Of a DNA stretch of 64,000 nucleotides, positions 27,022 to 37,001 are shown in pieces. The position numbers and the translations under genes are program-made. Position 1 is the first letter of the stretch. Every line of letters starts with the position of its first letter. The notes beneath the pieces were generated by a model, which made no database searches, was not told the origin of the DNA, and worked only from the letters and a program-made list of their open reading frames with translations. The stretch comes from an uncultured Candidatus Binatia bacterium (lineage in GTDB: Bacteria > Desulfobacterota > Binatia > UBA9968 > JAJDTQ01), in assembly GCA_965261895.1 (NCBI GenBank), contig OZ253480.1, positions 549,560 to 613,559 of the forward strand, in the 5' to 3' direction.

Positions 27022-28065
27022 TCAGGGGACGGCGTTCAGAAAAGCCACGATTCTCTCGGCGATACGGTCGTGCAGCACAGCGCGCTCGGTCCGGCCCATC
27101 TCGCAAACCACCACATCGTCGGGCTCTTCAGCCTTCAGGATGGCTAGCCCCCGCTTGGTGCACTCTCCCAGGAAGTCGTAGTGACCTGCTTCAGGCAAGG
27201 GCACATACACCGATGTGGCCGGCAGAAGCTTCGCGGCGACCTCGGCCTCGCGAGCTGGATCCAGGAGCTCGGGAGTGCGGCCTGCGCCGAACACGAGAAC
27301 CGGAATCGCGATCCCGGCAAGGCTTTCCGGGGCTAGCGCCTGCACGCCGCCCGGGTCCATGGCGACGACTCCCGCCAGGCGCGGATCCCGGACATCCTGG
27401 GCCAGTTCGGCGTCCGTGACCTCCGGATCGAAAAGACCAAGGGTCTGCATGGCGCCGCAGGCAACGGCCTCGGGCGTGGTCTTGCAATAGGCCACCGGCC
27501 GCGGCCGGTCGAACCGCGCGCCGGCAGCAGCGAGAACCGTGTATCCCCCGAGGGAATGGCCCGCCGCGTAGATGCGGCTCGGATCGATGAGCCGAGCGGT
27601 CGCGGAGTCAGCCATCAGCGCATCGATCACGCGTCCGATGTCCAGCGGGCGTTCCCACAGCCGGCGCGACAACGTTCTGTCGCGGTTGAACGTCGTGGTG
27701 CCGGGGTGATCCACGGCGGCTGCGACAAATCCTGCTTGCGCAAGTCTGCGCGCAAGCCATAGCTGATTGAACCGGTGTCCGTACATGCCGTGCGAGAGAA
27801 TCACTAGCGGCATGGCCCCTGCCGATGCCGCCGCACCGGGACGGACCTGCTCGGCACGGAACACGGCATTGCCGCCAAGGGGTATGGCAGCAGGTCCGCC
27901 CGGCCTCGCCGGATAGATCACATACCCTTCGAGCGGTCGAGCCCCGGGGATGGAGAGAGGAACCATTCCGGGCGGTTCTGCGGCCGCAAACGCTGCGGGA
28001 ACCGTCAGAACCACCGCAAGGGCGCAAATCAGCAAGGCTGTCCATGTCGCGGCCAGCGTGCGCAC
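27022..28065 (-). CDS. Secreted alpha/beta hydrolase (dienelactone hydrolase / PAF-acetylhydrolase-like)
   Basis: GHSLGG nucleophile elbow and an N-terminal signal peptide (MRTLAATWTALLICALAVVLTVPAAFAA) if GTG 28065 is used. The raw ORF is fused in frame with upstream sequence. Confidence 0.65.
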   Translation of the reverse strand: MRTLAATWTALLICALAVVLTVPAAFAAAEPPGMVPLSIPGARPLEGYVIYPARPGGPAAIPLGGNAVFRAEQVRPGAAASAGAMPLVILSHGMYGHRFNQLWLARRLAQAGFVAAAVDHPGTTTFNRDRTLSRRLWERPLDIGRVIDALMADSATARLIDPSRIYAAGHSLGGYTVLAAAGARFDRPRPVAYCKTTPEAVACGAMQTLGLFDPEVTDAELAQDVRDPRLAGVVAMDPGGVQALAPESLAGIAIPVLVFGAGRTPELLDPAREAEVAAKLLPATSVYVPLPEAGHYDFLGECTKRGLAILKAEEPDDVVVCEMGRTERAVLHDRIAERIVAFLNAVP

Positions 28066-28070
28066 TGTTT

Positions 28071-29252
28071 TTACACCGCCTCCCGCTGCCTCCGGAACAA
28101 ACCCGCCACGCCACCGCCGATGACGAACGAGATCAGCCCCAGGGCGACGAATCCCCAGTGGAAGCCCAGGTCGGCAACCAGGAAGCCGGCGACGAGGGGG
28201 CCGAACATGCGGCCGATGGAGGTGCCGCCGCGGATGAGTCCCAGGGCGACTCCCTTGCTGGAGTCGTCGGCAAGTTGCAGGGCCAGGGTGGTGGAGCCCA
28301 CGTTGGACAGGCCGAACCCGGCGGTCATGAGGCACAGGGGCAGCAGCAGCGCGATGTAGCCCTGGCCGAAGACCTGGAGGACGAAGGCGGGGACCGTCAC
28401 GAAGACTCCCAGGAGAATCACCGTGCGGGTGCCGACGCGGTCGCAGAGCCAGCCGCCGCCCAGCCTTCCCGCAGTGTCGGCCAGGCGAGAGATGCTGACC
28501 ATCGTGCCGATGATGTCGAGGGTCATGCCCCGCCGCACCGCCAGGAACGGGAAGGCGATCCGGGTGACCCCGATGAGGCAGAGGAACGATTGAAAGATAG
28601 CCAGACAGGCGCCCAGGAAGGACGTCTGGGCCAGGAGCCCTTTGCCCACCCGCCACAGCGGCAGCGAGCCGCGCTCCACCGCCTTCTCCGTCCGATGCCC
28701 CCGGGCCAGCAGAATGAAGAACAATCCGGCAGTCTGGGGAACCGCCACCAGGAGAAACAGCTTGTCGAGGCCCCACCACTCGCCGACGAACCCGCCCAGG
28801 GCCGGGCCCAGGGCGAAGCCGAGCCCCAGGGCCGCGGCCACCTGCCCCTGGGCCTTTCCCTGCTGGTCCGGCGTGGATTGCACGAACACGATGCGGCGGA
28901 TGGCGAGACTGAACATGGCCTCGGTGAGGCCGAGGATGGTGAAGGCCACGAGAAACACCGTCAGGCTGTGCTGAAAGGCAAATCCCAGCAGGCTCGTCAC
29001 CAGCGCGATGAGCACCGACGCCAGCAGCAGAAAGCTCGAGCGAAAATAGGACGCCAGCGTGCCGGACACCACATCGGAACAGAGGGCGCCGACGCCGTTG
29101 ACCACCAGGGGTATGCCCACCACGGACACGGAAAATCCTCTGGCATTCATGTAGAACGGCGCCAGCATGGAGGCGCCGATGGCCCCCGAGGCCATGCAAA
29201 TGGCGGCCAGCGAATAGAGCAGATTGGATGAGATTCTGATCCGCAAACGCAT
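28071..29252 (-). CDS. MFS transporter
   Basis: 393 aa, 12 TM. Confidence 0.8.
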   Translation of the reverse strand: MRLRIRISSNLLYSLAAICMASGAIGASMLAPFYMNARGFSVSVVGIPLVVNGVGALCSDVVSGTLASYFRSSFLLLASVLIALVTSLLGFAFQHSLTVFLVAFTILGLTEAMFSLAIRRIVFVQSTPDQQGKAQGQVAAALGLGFALGPALGGFVGEWWGLDKLFLLVAVPQTAGLFFILLARGHRTEKAVERGSLPLWRVGKGLLAQTSFLGACLAIFQSFLCLIGVTRIAFPFLAVRRGMTLDIIGTMVSISRLADTAGRLGGGWLCDRVGTRTVILLGVFVTVPAFVLQVFGQGYIALLLPLCLMTAGFGLSNVGSTTLALQLADDSSKGVALGLIRGGTSIGRMFGPLVAGFLVADLGFHWGFVALGLISFVIGGGVAGLFRRQREAV

Positions 29253-29295
29253 CGTTGCTTACCCGTGATTCCACGCACGGGCCCGGCCCGCACGA

Positions 29296-30711
29296 CTAGC
29301 ATCCATATCCGGACCCCGCCGCCGCCTTCCTTCCGACTCGCAGCCGCTCCATGATGACAAGGCCCACCGCAAGGAAGGGCAGCGGCAACAAAGACAGCAT
29401 GGCGAGCCGTTGCGCCGCCACGTACCCGGCCGGCCCCGCCGCGGCCGCGCCTTCCATGAGAGCCACGGCCAGACCGATGCCCAACGCCCCCGCGCCCGGC
29501 CCACAGGCCGAGAGCATCCCTCCCGCGACGCCGTAGTTCTCCCGGGGAGCCAGGGCGAACACCGTCCTCTGGTTGGCAGGCAAGGCCACACCCACGCCGA
29601 CTCCCACCAGCGCCAGCGCAAGCAACACCCTTACCGGGCTCGAGTCGGCTTGCAAGCCGGCGTAGACAAGAATCCCGGCGGCCCCCGCCACGTACCCGGC
29701 CGCCACCAGGAGCCAGGGCTCCGAACGGTCGGCCAGACGGCCGCTGATGGGCGAGCAAACCGCGGCGGCCACGGGCAGCGTCGTGAGAATGAGCCCGAGA
29801 TGAAGCGGCGTCACGTGCAACACATTGCGCATGTACAGAGGCGACAGCATGAAGATCGGGAAATAGGCCGCGGAGAACAACATCAGGGTCAGAAACGAGA
29901 TGATCAGAGGAACATTCGTCATGAGCGGCAGCGGTATCAACGGCCGCGACGCCCGGAGTTGGCGCAGCACGAAGGCCGCCACGCCGGTTGCGCCGAGCAG
30001 AAACCACCAGGCAATGAACGGTGAGCGCCAGCCGCTGTTGGTGCCGAGGCTGAGACCCACCAGAATTGACGGATAGCCCAGGATCAGGGCCGCGGCACCC
30101 GGGTAGTCGAAAGACTCGCCGCTCCGGCGCTCACCGCCGCCCAGCATGAGCCACACGGCGATGCCCACTGCCAGGCCGATCACCGCGTTGGCGAGGAACA
30201 CCGCGCGCCAACCCGCCAGGTGGATGAAGAAGCCGCCGAGGGCCGGTCCGGTGGCCCGCCCCACGCCCGCGGCCGACAACAGGATACCCAGGCTCCGGCC
30301 GGTCCGTTCCGGCTGCGAGACCGCCGCCGTGATGGCCGACGACATGGGCATGGCCATGGCGAGGCCCACGGTCATGACCACTCGGCAGATGACCAGTTGC
30401 GGGAAGGTATGTGAAGCCGCGGCCAGCGCCGAACCTGCGCCATAGAGCGTGACCCCCACCTTGTAAAGCCGGTTGCGGCCCAGGATGTCGCCGGCCCGCC
30501 CCAGGCAAAGGGCCAGGCTGGAGGACAGCACGAGTCCCATGGTGGCGATCCACTGGACCGCCGAGAGGCTGCTGTCGAACTCGGCCTGGATGCTGGGGAT
30601 GGCGACGTTGATGCTGCCGTAGCTGTTGAAGAACAGGAAGGTGCCAGCGCACAGGACGCCTAGCACCCGAACTTCACGAGCCCAAGACTGCCGAATGAGG
30701 GGGATGCGCAC
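29296..30711 (-). CDS. MFS transporter (DHA2-like, 14 TM)
   Basis: 471 aa. Confidence 0.8.
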   Translation of the reverse strand: MRIPLIRQSWAREVRVLGVLCAGTFLFFNSYGSINVAIPSIQAEFDSSLSAVQWIATMGLVLSSSLALCLGRAGDILGRNRLYKVGVTLYGAGSALAAASHTFPQLVICRVVMTVGLAMAMPMSSAITAAVSQPERTGRSLGILLSAAGVGRATGPALGGFFIHLAGWRAVFLANAVIGLAVGIAVWLMLGGGERRSGESFDYPGAAALILGYPSILVGLSLGTNSGWRSPFIAWWFLLGATGVAAFVLRQLRASRPLIPLPLMTNVPLIISFLTLMLFSAAYFPIFMLSPLYMRNVLHVTPLHLGLILTTLPVAAAVCSPISGRLADRSEPWLLVAAGYVAGAAGILVYAGLQADSSPVRVLLALALVGVGVGVALPANQRTVFALAPRENYGVAGGMLSACGPGAGALGIGLAVALMEGAAAAGPAGYVAAQRLAMLSLLPLPFLAVGLVIMERLRVGRKAAAGSGYGC

Positions 30712-30756
30712 GAATGGTCCTCAACGGGAGTGAGCGACAGAACGCCGGCGCATCCA

Positions 30757-31653
30757 TCAGTCTTCCTGGGTAACCCCCTTGACCAGGTAGTCGCCGGACT
30801 TCTCGTCCGCCTCGAGGTCCAGCAGCTTCAGGGACTGGGCTTCCTCGAGCAGCTTGCCGAAGGAGCGAAAGCCGTGGTAGCGCTCGTTGAAACCGGGTTT
30901 GCGGCGCTTCAGGGCCTGCTTGACCATCGAACCCCAGATCTTGTCCTTCTCCCCGCGTTCGTCGAAGAGGTGGGTGACGGTCTCCACCACCAGGTCCAAG
31001 GCCTCCTGCGCCTCCTTCATCGCCTTTTCCTCGACCTGCGCCTTTTCCTCGACCTGCGCCTTATCCTCCGCCGGTGCCTTTCCCTCCGCCGGCGCGGCCG
31101 CCGTCTTGCGCGGCGTCCGGGCCGCGGCCCTGGCGCGCTTGGCACCGCCCCGGCGCTTGGAGTCGCGCGCCAGGTCGTCGTAGTAGATGAATTCGTCGCA
31201 GTTGGCGATGAGCAGGTCGGACGTGGAGTTCTTCACGCCCACGCCGATGACCACCTTGTTGTTCTCACGGAGCTTGCTGACCAGCGCGGAGAAATCGGAG
31301 TCGCCGCTGATGATCACGAAGGTGTCCACGTGGGACTTCGTGTAACAGAGGTCCAGCGCGTCCACGACCATGCGGATGTCCGCGGAGTTCTTGCCCGACT
31401 GGCGCACGTGGGGGATCTCGATCATCTCGAAGGAGGCCTCGTGCATGGCCGGCTTGAACTCGCGGTAGCGCTCCCAGTCGCAGTACGCCTTCTTCACCAC
31501 GATCTTGCCCTTGACCAGCAGCCGGTCCAGGACCTTCCGCATGTCGAAATCGGCGTACCGTGCATCGCGGACGCCGATGGCAATGTTTTCGAAGTCGCAA
31601 TAAAGCGCCAGGTTTTCGGTTGGTGTCATGTTCTCATTCAGTGTTGGTGTCAT
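30757..31653 (-). CDS. NYN-domain protein with C-terminal OST-HTH/LOTUS domain
   Basis: ALYCDFENI...KAYCDW is NYN. A low-complexity K/A/E linker (KAQVEEKAQVEEKA) precedes the C-terminal HTH-like region. Confidence 0.7.
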   Translation of the reverse strand: MTPTLNENMTPTENLALYCDFENIAIGVRDARYADFDMRKVLDRLLVKGKIVVKKAYCDWERYREFKPAMHEASFEMIEIPHVRQSGKNSADIRMVVDALDLCYTKSHVDTFVIISGDSDFSALVSKLRENNKVVIGVGVKNSTSDLLIANCDEFIYYDDLARDSKRRGGAKRARAAARTPRKTAAAPAEGKAPAEDKAQVEEKAQVEEKAMKEAQEALDLVVETVTHLFDERGEKDKIWGSMVKQALKRRKPGFNERYHGFRSFGKLLEEAQSLKLLDLEADEKSGDYLVKGVTQED

Positions 31654-31687
31654 GTTCTCATTCTGTGTTTGTGGTTGTGGTTAGTGC

Positions 31688-32647
31688 CTACCCCTTGACG
31701 ACGTTCACCGGAGAGCCATCGAGATAGCCCCGTATGGCGGCGAGATAGCCATCGAAGTAGGCGCCGTAGTTGGCCGCCTCCACGTAGCCAAGATGCGGCG
31801 TGATGACGGTGTTGTCACAGCGCCGAAGCGGGTGATCGGGGGGCAACGGCTCGGTATCGAAGACGTCGAGGCCCGCCCCGGCCATGGCGCCGCGCTCCAG
31901 AGCGTCCACCAATGCCGTCTCGTCCACGATGGGCCCCCTCGACGTGTTGATGAGCACCGCCGTGGGTTTCATCATCGCAAGGTCGGCGGCTCCGAAGAGT
32001 CCGCGGGAGCGGTCGCTCAGCACGAGGTGAATCGTAAGAACGTCCGACCGCGACAACAGTTCTTCCTTGGTGACCCTGGACACCCCGATCTCCCGACAAC
32101 GCTCCTCCGTCAGGTTCTGGCTCCACGCGATCACGTCCATCTCGAAAGCCAGCCCCACCCGGGCCACCCGTGCGCCCAGCTTGCCCAGGCCCGCCACCCC
32201 CAGGGTCTTGCCCAGCAGCCCGCCCCCCACGGTCTCCTGCCAGCCGCCTGCACGCGTGGCCCGGTCCTCTTGCGGGATATGCCGGAGCAGCCCGATGATC
32301 AGGCCCCAGGCCAGCTCGGCCGTGGGCCCGCCGACGCTGGGAGTGCCGCACACCGTGACGCCGCGTTCCCGGGCCGCGGTCATGTCGATGGACGCATTCC
32401 TCATGCCGCTCGTCACCAGCAACCTCAGGTTGGGCAGGCGCTCCAGCAGACCGCGCCGGAACGGCGTGCGTTCCCGCATGACGCAGACAACCTCGAACCC
32501 CTGCAACCGCTCGGCCAGAGCATCCTCGTCATCCAGGTGATCGTGAAAAACCGTAAGAGCGAGGTTCTCCGGAACCTCCCTCGCGCCGGCCAAGGACTCG
32601 GCGACGTGCTGATAATCATCCAGGATTGCGGCTTGTACGTTACTCAT
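31688..32647 (-). CDS. D-isomer-specific 2-hydroxyacid dehydrogenase (glycerate/phosphoglycerate dehydrogenase-like)
   Basis: GxGxxG (GVAGLGKLG) NAD-binding site and the catalytic R/E/H pattern. Confidence 0.85.
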   Translation of the reverse strand: MSNVQAAILDDYQHVAESLAGAREVPENLALTVFHDHLDDEDALAERLQGFEVVCVMRERTPFRRGLLERLPNLRLLVTSGMRNASIDMTAARERGVTVCGTPSVGGPTAELAWGLIIGLLRHIPQEDRATRAGGWQETVGGGLLGKTLGVAGLGKLGARVARVGLAFEMDVIAWSQNLTEERCREIGVSRVTKEELLSRSDVLTIHLVLSDRSRGLFGAADLAMMKPTAVLINTSRGPIVDETALVDALERGAMAGAGLDVFDTEPLPPDHPLRRCDNTVITPHLGYVEAANYGAYFDGYLAAIRGYLDGSPVNVVKG

Positions 32648-32838
32648 CTAGTGTCCTGTCCCATGAATGTGCATGTGAAGCATGTGAATATGCGGGCCTC
32701 CTGCAGTCGGCTGCGTTGCCATCACGGTGTGATTGACGGCGGCACGCCGGCCCGCGCACGGTCGCGTGTCCATGGGATCAGTCGTTCGCCGCGAGGCCGA
32801 ACATCGTTCCAGGACACTCGGTTGAGTCCCACGGGGTC

Positions 32839-33462
32839 TCAAGGCTCGAGGTCGCGGAGAATGGCGCGGCACGGAGCGCCGTCCGCGCCGGCGATGCATA
32901 CGGGGAAACAAATCAACTCATAGGGTCCGGGCTGGATCTCCGTGAGATCGACACCCTCCAGCAGCGCCAGCCCATGATCGAGGAAGGCCCGGTGCACCGG
33001 CACCTGCTCGTCCGCGTGAGCCACCGAGAGATAGTCCAGTCCCACGAGCTTGTAACCCTTGGCCACGAGGCCTTCAGCCGCCTCCACCGAGAACGCCACG
33101 AAATCCGGATCATACTCGGCACGCCGGAGGAGTTGGGAGTTGCGCGTCTTGAACAGGATCCGTTCTCCGGGCGGGATCGCCGACACGTGCTCGGCGGTGA
33201 TGTAGCGATGGGCATCCACCTCATGCACCAGCACCGGACCGATGAAGCGCTCGAGCGGCAGTTGGTCGATGGCCGCCCCATCGGGCACGAAATGGAACGG
33301 AGCATCCATGTGGGTGCCGCTATGGACGCTCATGTTGACGCTGGACGAGTTGTTGTGATCACCCCGCTGCATCCGCCTCCGATCCACGAGTTCGAACGGC
33401 GCGGCCGTGACCCAGCGCGCGGTGGCGGGGCTCAGCTTGAGTGAAATATCATAATACCGCAT
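32839..33462 (-). CDS. Cyclase family protein (kynurenine formamidase-like)
   Basis: HSGTHMDAPFH motif. Confidence 0.8.
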   Translation of the reverse strand: MRYYDISLKLSPATARWVTAAPFELVDRRRMQRGDHNNSSSVNMSVHSGTHMDAPFHFVPDGAAIDQLPLERFIGPVLVHEVDAHRYITAEHVSAIPPGERILFKTRNSQLLRRAEYDPDFVAFSVEAAEGLVAKGYKLVGLDYLSVAHADEQVPVHRAFLDHGLALLEGVDLTEIQPGPYELICFPVCIAGADGAPCRAILRDLEP

Positions 33463-33477
33463 GTGGGTTCCGAGCCG

Positions 33478-34362
33478 CTAAGGATCCTGGCAGAGAGCGG
33501 ATTGTGGGACCTCGGCGCAAAACTCCAGCAGCCGGTCCGCTTGCGTATCCTGCTCATTCGGGTCCGTCTGTCCCTCCGGCTTGGGCTGTGCCGCACTCGC
33601 CGGCTTCTGCACACCGCCCCGCTGTTCGTCCAGACGGGCCGCCAACTCGGCATAGCGTTGCTGCGTGGCCTCCATGTTTTCCCGCAATGCCAGGAGCAAG
33701 TCCTCCCAGCGCTTGTCGTCACGCCGGTTTTGCCGGTTCAAGGCCTGCTGGCCCTTCTTCGTTTCTTCCAGAACCGTCCCCAGGCGCTTCTCCAGATTCG
33801 TCAGGGTCGCGCCTTGCTCCTCGATGGCGCCGGAGGGGCTGGAGCCCAACGCCGTCAACTGGGTCGTCAGGCTCCGCTGATTCTGCTCCACGAGCGCCTT
33901 CAACTCCCGCCAGCGCTGATCCCGTTCGCCGGCCTCGGCGGCGTTGCCGCTCAACTTCTGCTCAAGACCCTTGCGCAATGCGGCCCAGCCCTTCTCCCGC
34001 TGGTCCCGGAGCTGCCGGGTCCACTTGCCCAGTTCCTGCTGGAGGACTTCCCGCTGTGCCGCCGTCAAGGTGGCGGTTATCGTTCCCTCCAGTGTTGCGG
34101 CGCCGGAACCCTGCGCCGTGCCGGATCCGGTTCCGTCAAGCAACTCCACGGTTTCCCGTATTCGCGCGAGTTGCCCCTCCGTGTGGGCGAGGGCCAGCAT
34201 CATCTCGTTGATCCTGGTCTCGTTACCCGCCGTCATCCGCTCAAGAGAGGCCCTGAGGTTCCGGGTCTCCCACGCGGTGTATCCCACTGCCACTGCGGCC
34301 ACCGCCACGACCAACATTGTGAATGCTTTGCCGAACACTGAACTCGCTAACCTGCGCGCCAA
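33478..34362 (-). CDS. Hypothetical membrane-anchored coiled-coil protein
   Basis: N-terminal TM (FTMLVVAVAAVAVGY) followed by a long E/Q/R/L-rich heptad-like region. Confidence 0.45.
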   Translation of the reverse strand: MARRLASSVFGKAFTMLVVAVAAVAVGYTAWETRNLRASLERMTAGNETRINEMMLALAHTEGQLARIRETVELLDGTGSGTAQGSGAATLEGTITATLTAAQREVLQQELGKWTRQLRDQREKGWAALRKGLEQKLSGNAAEAGERDQRWRELKALVEQNQRSLTTQLTALGSSPSGAIEEQGATLTNLEKRLGTVLEETKKGQQALNRQNRRDDKRWEDLLLALRENMEATQQRYAELAARLDEQRGGVQKPASAAQPKPEGQTDPNEQDTQADRLLEFCAEVPQSALCQDP

Positions 34363-34385
34363 CTTGACTCGAACCGCGGACCGGT

Positions 34386-35132
34386 CTAGTCGGAGGCAGC
34401 TTCAAGCTGGCCGGCGGTTTCCGGACTGAGCTGAGGGCGAACGAAAGCCTGATAGATGGACTCGTTCTGCAGCCACATGATGTCCACGCGAGTCCGCACC
34501 GCCGCCCGCATATCCTCCTGGAGCCCACCGTCCATGATATGTTCCTTGATCACGTCCACGATGAAGTTTCCGTGTCCCTCGTCATGATACTCGTGGGCGC
34601 GAAAGAAGGCCAGGGATTCCGAGGGGATCCAGGGATAGCCTGTCTCCAGAGCCTGCCGCTCCTCTCCCATGCGCTTGGGGCCCTCGCCCTCGAAAACGAG
34701 GCCGGTGCCGATGGCCACGGTCCAGTGGCTCTGCTGAACCAGTTGCACGTACATTTCCAGGGCTGCCTTGACGCCCGGCAGGGGCTCGTAGCCATGCAAC
34801 TCGTCGCGCGGGATTCCCAACCCCTCGCTGAATTGTGTCCACAACTCCGCATGGCTGGGATACTTTCCGCCGAACAGGTCCTCGCCCTCCTCCTCCACCA
34901 TGTTTTCCAGCAGCATCCGCCGCAATGCCTGGACGGGGCATTTCTGGTACCGGATGCCGAAGAATCGATGGATGTTGCGGAACTCGTGAAACTGATTCTT
35001 GGCCCAACCCTGCAACTGCTCCCGGGTGAGATCTCCACCCAGGAGCAGTTTCCGCAACGGATGCACCGGATACCGGCCCCGCAGAACATGGCGGAGGTCG
35101 TCGATCAGCGCTTCCGGTTCCAGGATCTCCAT
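34386..35132 (-). CDS. TenA/THI-4/PqqC (haem-oxygenase-like) family protein
   Basis: Overall helical family character. ATG 35132 with GAGGTAGGG SD; the raw ORF starts at 35186. Confidence 0.55.
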   Translation of the reverse strand: MEILEPEALIDDLRHVLRGRYPVHPLRKLLLGGDLTREQLQGWAKNQFHEFRNIHRFFGIRYQKCPVQALRRMLLENMVEEEGEDLFGGKYPSHAELWTQFSEGLGIPRDELHGYEPLPGVKAALEMYVQLVQQSHWTVAIGTGLVFEGEGPKRMGEERQALETGYPWIPSESLAFFRAHEYHDEGHGNFIVDVIKEHIMDGGLQEDMRAAVRTRVDIMWLQNESIYQAFVRPQLSPETAGQLEAASD

Positions 35133-35169
35133 CCCTACCTCTTGTCCCCCGGCTCCAGGATCCTCGGCA

Positions 35170-36843
35170 TTACTGCCCCTGGACAAAGAGCTCCTGCCGC
35201 CTCACCTGACCGGGAAAGACGTCCTTGCACTCACCGTTCTCCAACACGATCTTGCCGTTGACCACCACCGCGCCGATGCCCGGCGGATGGCGGAAGATTT
35301 CATTCTCGTCGAGCTTGGCCGGCAGGCGCTTGCTCGCCAGATCGTCGATCTTGTCGGCATCGAACACCGTGATGTCGGCCGGCAGGCCGGTCTTGAGGAG
35401 TCCCCGGTTCATCCTCAGCTTGGCCGCGGGATGTCCGGTGACCTTGTGAACCGCCTCCTCGAGGTTGAAAAGCTTCTTGTCCCGACGCCAGTAGCCCAGC
35501 ACCCGGGTGGGGGCGCCGTGCCAGAAGAACCGGTCCAGGTGCGCGCCCGCGTCGGTGCCGATGAGCCCCTCGGTGCTCTTGATCATCTCGGCCAGAAGGT
35601 CCATGTGCCCGTTGGCGAAACCCTGGTAGTAGAGCTTCGACGCCAGCCCGTCCTCGAGCCAGGTATCGAAGAACGCATCCACCTCGGACTTGCCGCCGGC
35701 CGCGGCGATCTCGGAGACGTTCTGTCCTTCACGGGACTTGAGGTCCTCGCGCTGCATGATGTCGAAGTACGCGCCGCCCCAACCCAGCCACTCGATGTAC
35801 GCGGGCTCGCCGGCGTTCGCGCGCCGCTGTTCATCCAGCTTCCGGCGCACCTCCGGATCCCTGAGCGTGCGCGCCAACTCGTCGCGGTTTCCCTTGATCT
35901 CTTCCCAGAGGGGCAGGCCTTCCATGATGAAGCAGTCGTCGATGTCGAAGCGCCGGATGTGCGAGTAGGGAATGACCACGCCGTAGATGTCCTTGCCCCG
36001 TTCCCCGGCCTCCTTCATGAGCTCGATGGCCCGCTCTCCGTCCGCCCTCTCGCCGGGCCTCACCCGGAACTCGTTGCCGATCATCGGCACGTTGATCTTT
36101 TCCACCAGCTCGGGGAAGCCGCTCTCCGGCTTCAACAGGTTGCCGAAGCCGTTGAACTGGAAGCAGCCGCCGTACTCGCCGGCGATGTTGGCCAACGACA
36201 CCATCTCTTCCTGGCTGGCCAGAGTGCTGGGGGTGCCGGCATGGATCGCCGGGCCGCCACGAGGACTCGACGAGAAGCCGATGCCGCCGGCCGCCATGCC
36301 TTCCCGGACCATCTGCTTCATGCTCTCCAACTCCTCGGTGGTGGCCTCCCGCTTGTAGGCCGCTTCGCCCATGACCGTCAGCCGCACCGGAGAGTGCGGC
36401 ACCAGGGCCGCCACGTTCACTCCGACCTTGCCTTCGAGATAGTCCAGGTATTCGGGGAAGGTCGTCCATTGCCAGTCGTCGTCATTGACGTAGTCATCGA
36501 GCACCCGGCGCAGGTAAGTAATCAGCACGTCCCGCGGCTCGCCCTTGGCCGGCACCGGCGCGATGGACGCGCCGCAGTCACCGATGACGATGGAGGTGAC
36601 GCCGTAGTTCACCACGGGATTGCCGTGGGGATACTGCACGATGAAAAGGTCCATGTGGGTATGGGAATCGATGAAGCCCGGCGCCACCACCTGCCCGCGG
36701 GCGTCGAATTCGGTCTGACCCTGCCCCACGTCCTTCCCGATCGCCGCAATGGTTCCACCGTCCACCGCCACGTCCGCCTCGAAGCCGGGGCTGCCGGTTC
36801 CGTCAACAACGAGCCCGTTCTTCACAACCAGATCATGCGCCAT
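35170..36843 (-). CDS. N-acyl-D-amino-acid deacylase (D-aminoacylase), amidohydrolase superfamily
   Basis: 557 aa with the GFIDSHTH metal-binding motif and overall D-aminoacylase family character. AAGGGGGAG SD. Confidence 0.8.
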   Translation of the reverse strand: MAHDLVVKNGLVVDGTGSPGFEADVAVDGGTIAAIGKDVGQGQTEFDARGQVVAPGFIDSHTHMDLFIVQYPHGNPVVNYGVTSIVIGDCGASIAPVPAKGEPRDVLITYLRRVLDDYVNDDDWQWTTFPEYLDYLEGKVGVNVAALVPHSPVRLTVMGEAAYKREATTEELESMKQMVREGMAAGGIGFSSSPRGGPAIHAGTPSTLASQEEMVSLANIAGEYGGCFQFNGFGNLLKPESGFPELVEKINVPMIGNEFRVRPGERADGERAIELMKEAGERGKDIYGVVIPYSHIRRFDIDDCFIMEGLPLWEEIKGNRDELARTLRDPEVRRKLDEQRRANAGEPAYIEWLGWGGAYFDIMQREDLKSREGQNVSEIAAAGGKSEVDAFFDTWLEDGLASKLYYQGFANGHMDLLAEMIKSTEGLIGTDAGAHLDRFFWHGAPTRVLGYWRRDKKLFNLEEAVHKVTGHPAAKLRMNRGLLKTGLPADITVFDADKIDDLASKRLPAKLDENEIFRHPPGIGAVVVNGKIVLENGECKDVFPGQVRRQELFVQGQ

Positions 36844-37001
36844 GGTTCTCCCCCTTTGAAGTTTCTGGAATTTACGAGTGCTTTCCGATCCCCTTAGTTA
36901 GACCGAAAGTCTCTGCTGCGTCAAGGAAAGCGCAGGCGGTGGCAGCGGCCCCGTTCGGCCCCATGCTGGACGGTATTCGCTCTTTGGACTAGACTTTCGG
37001 C

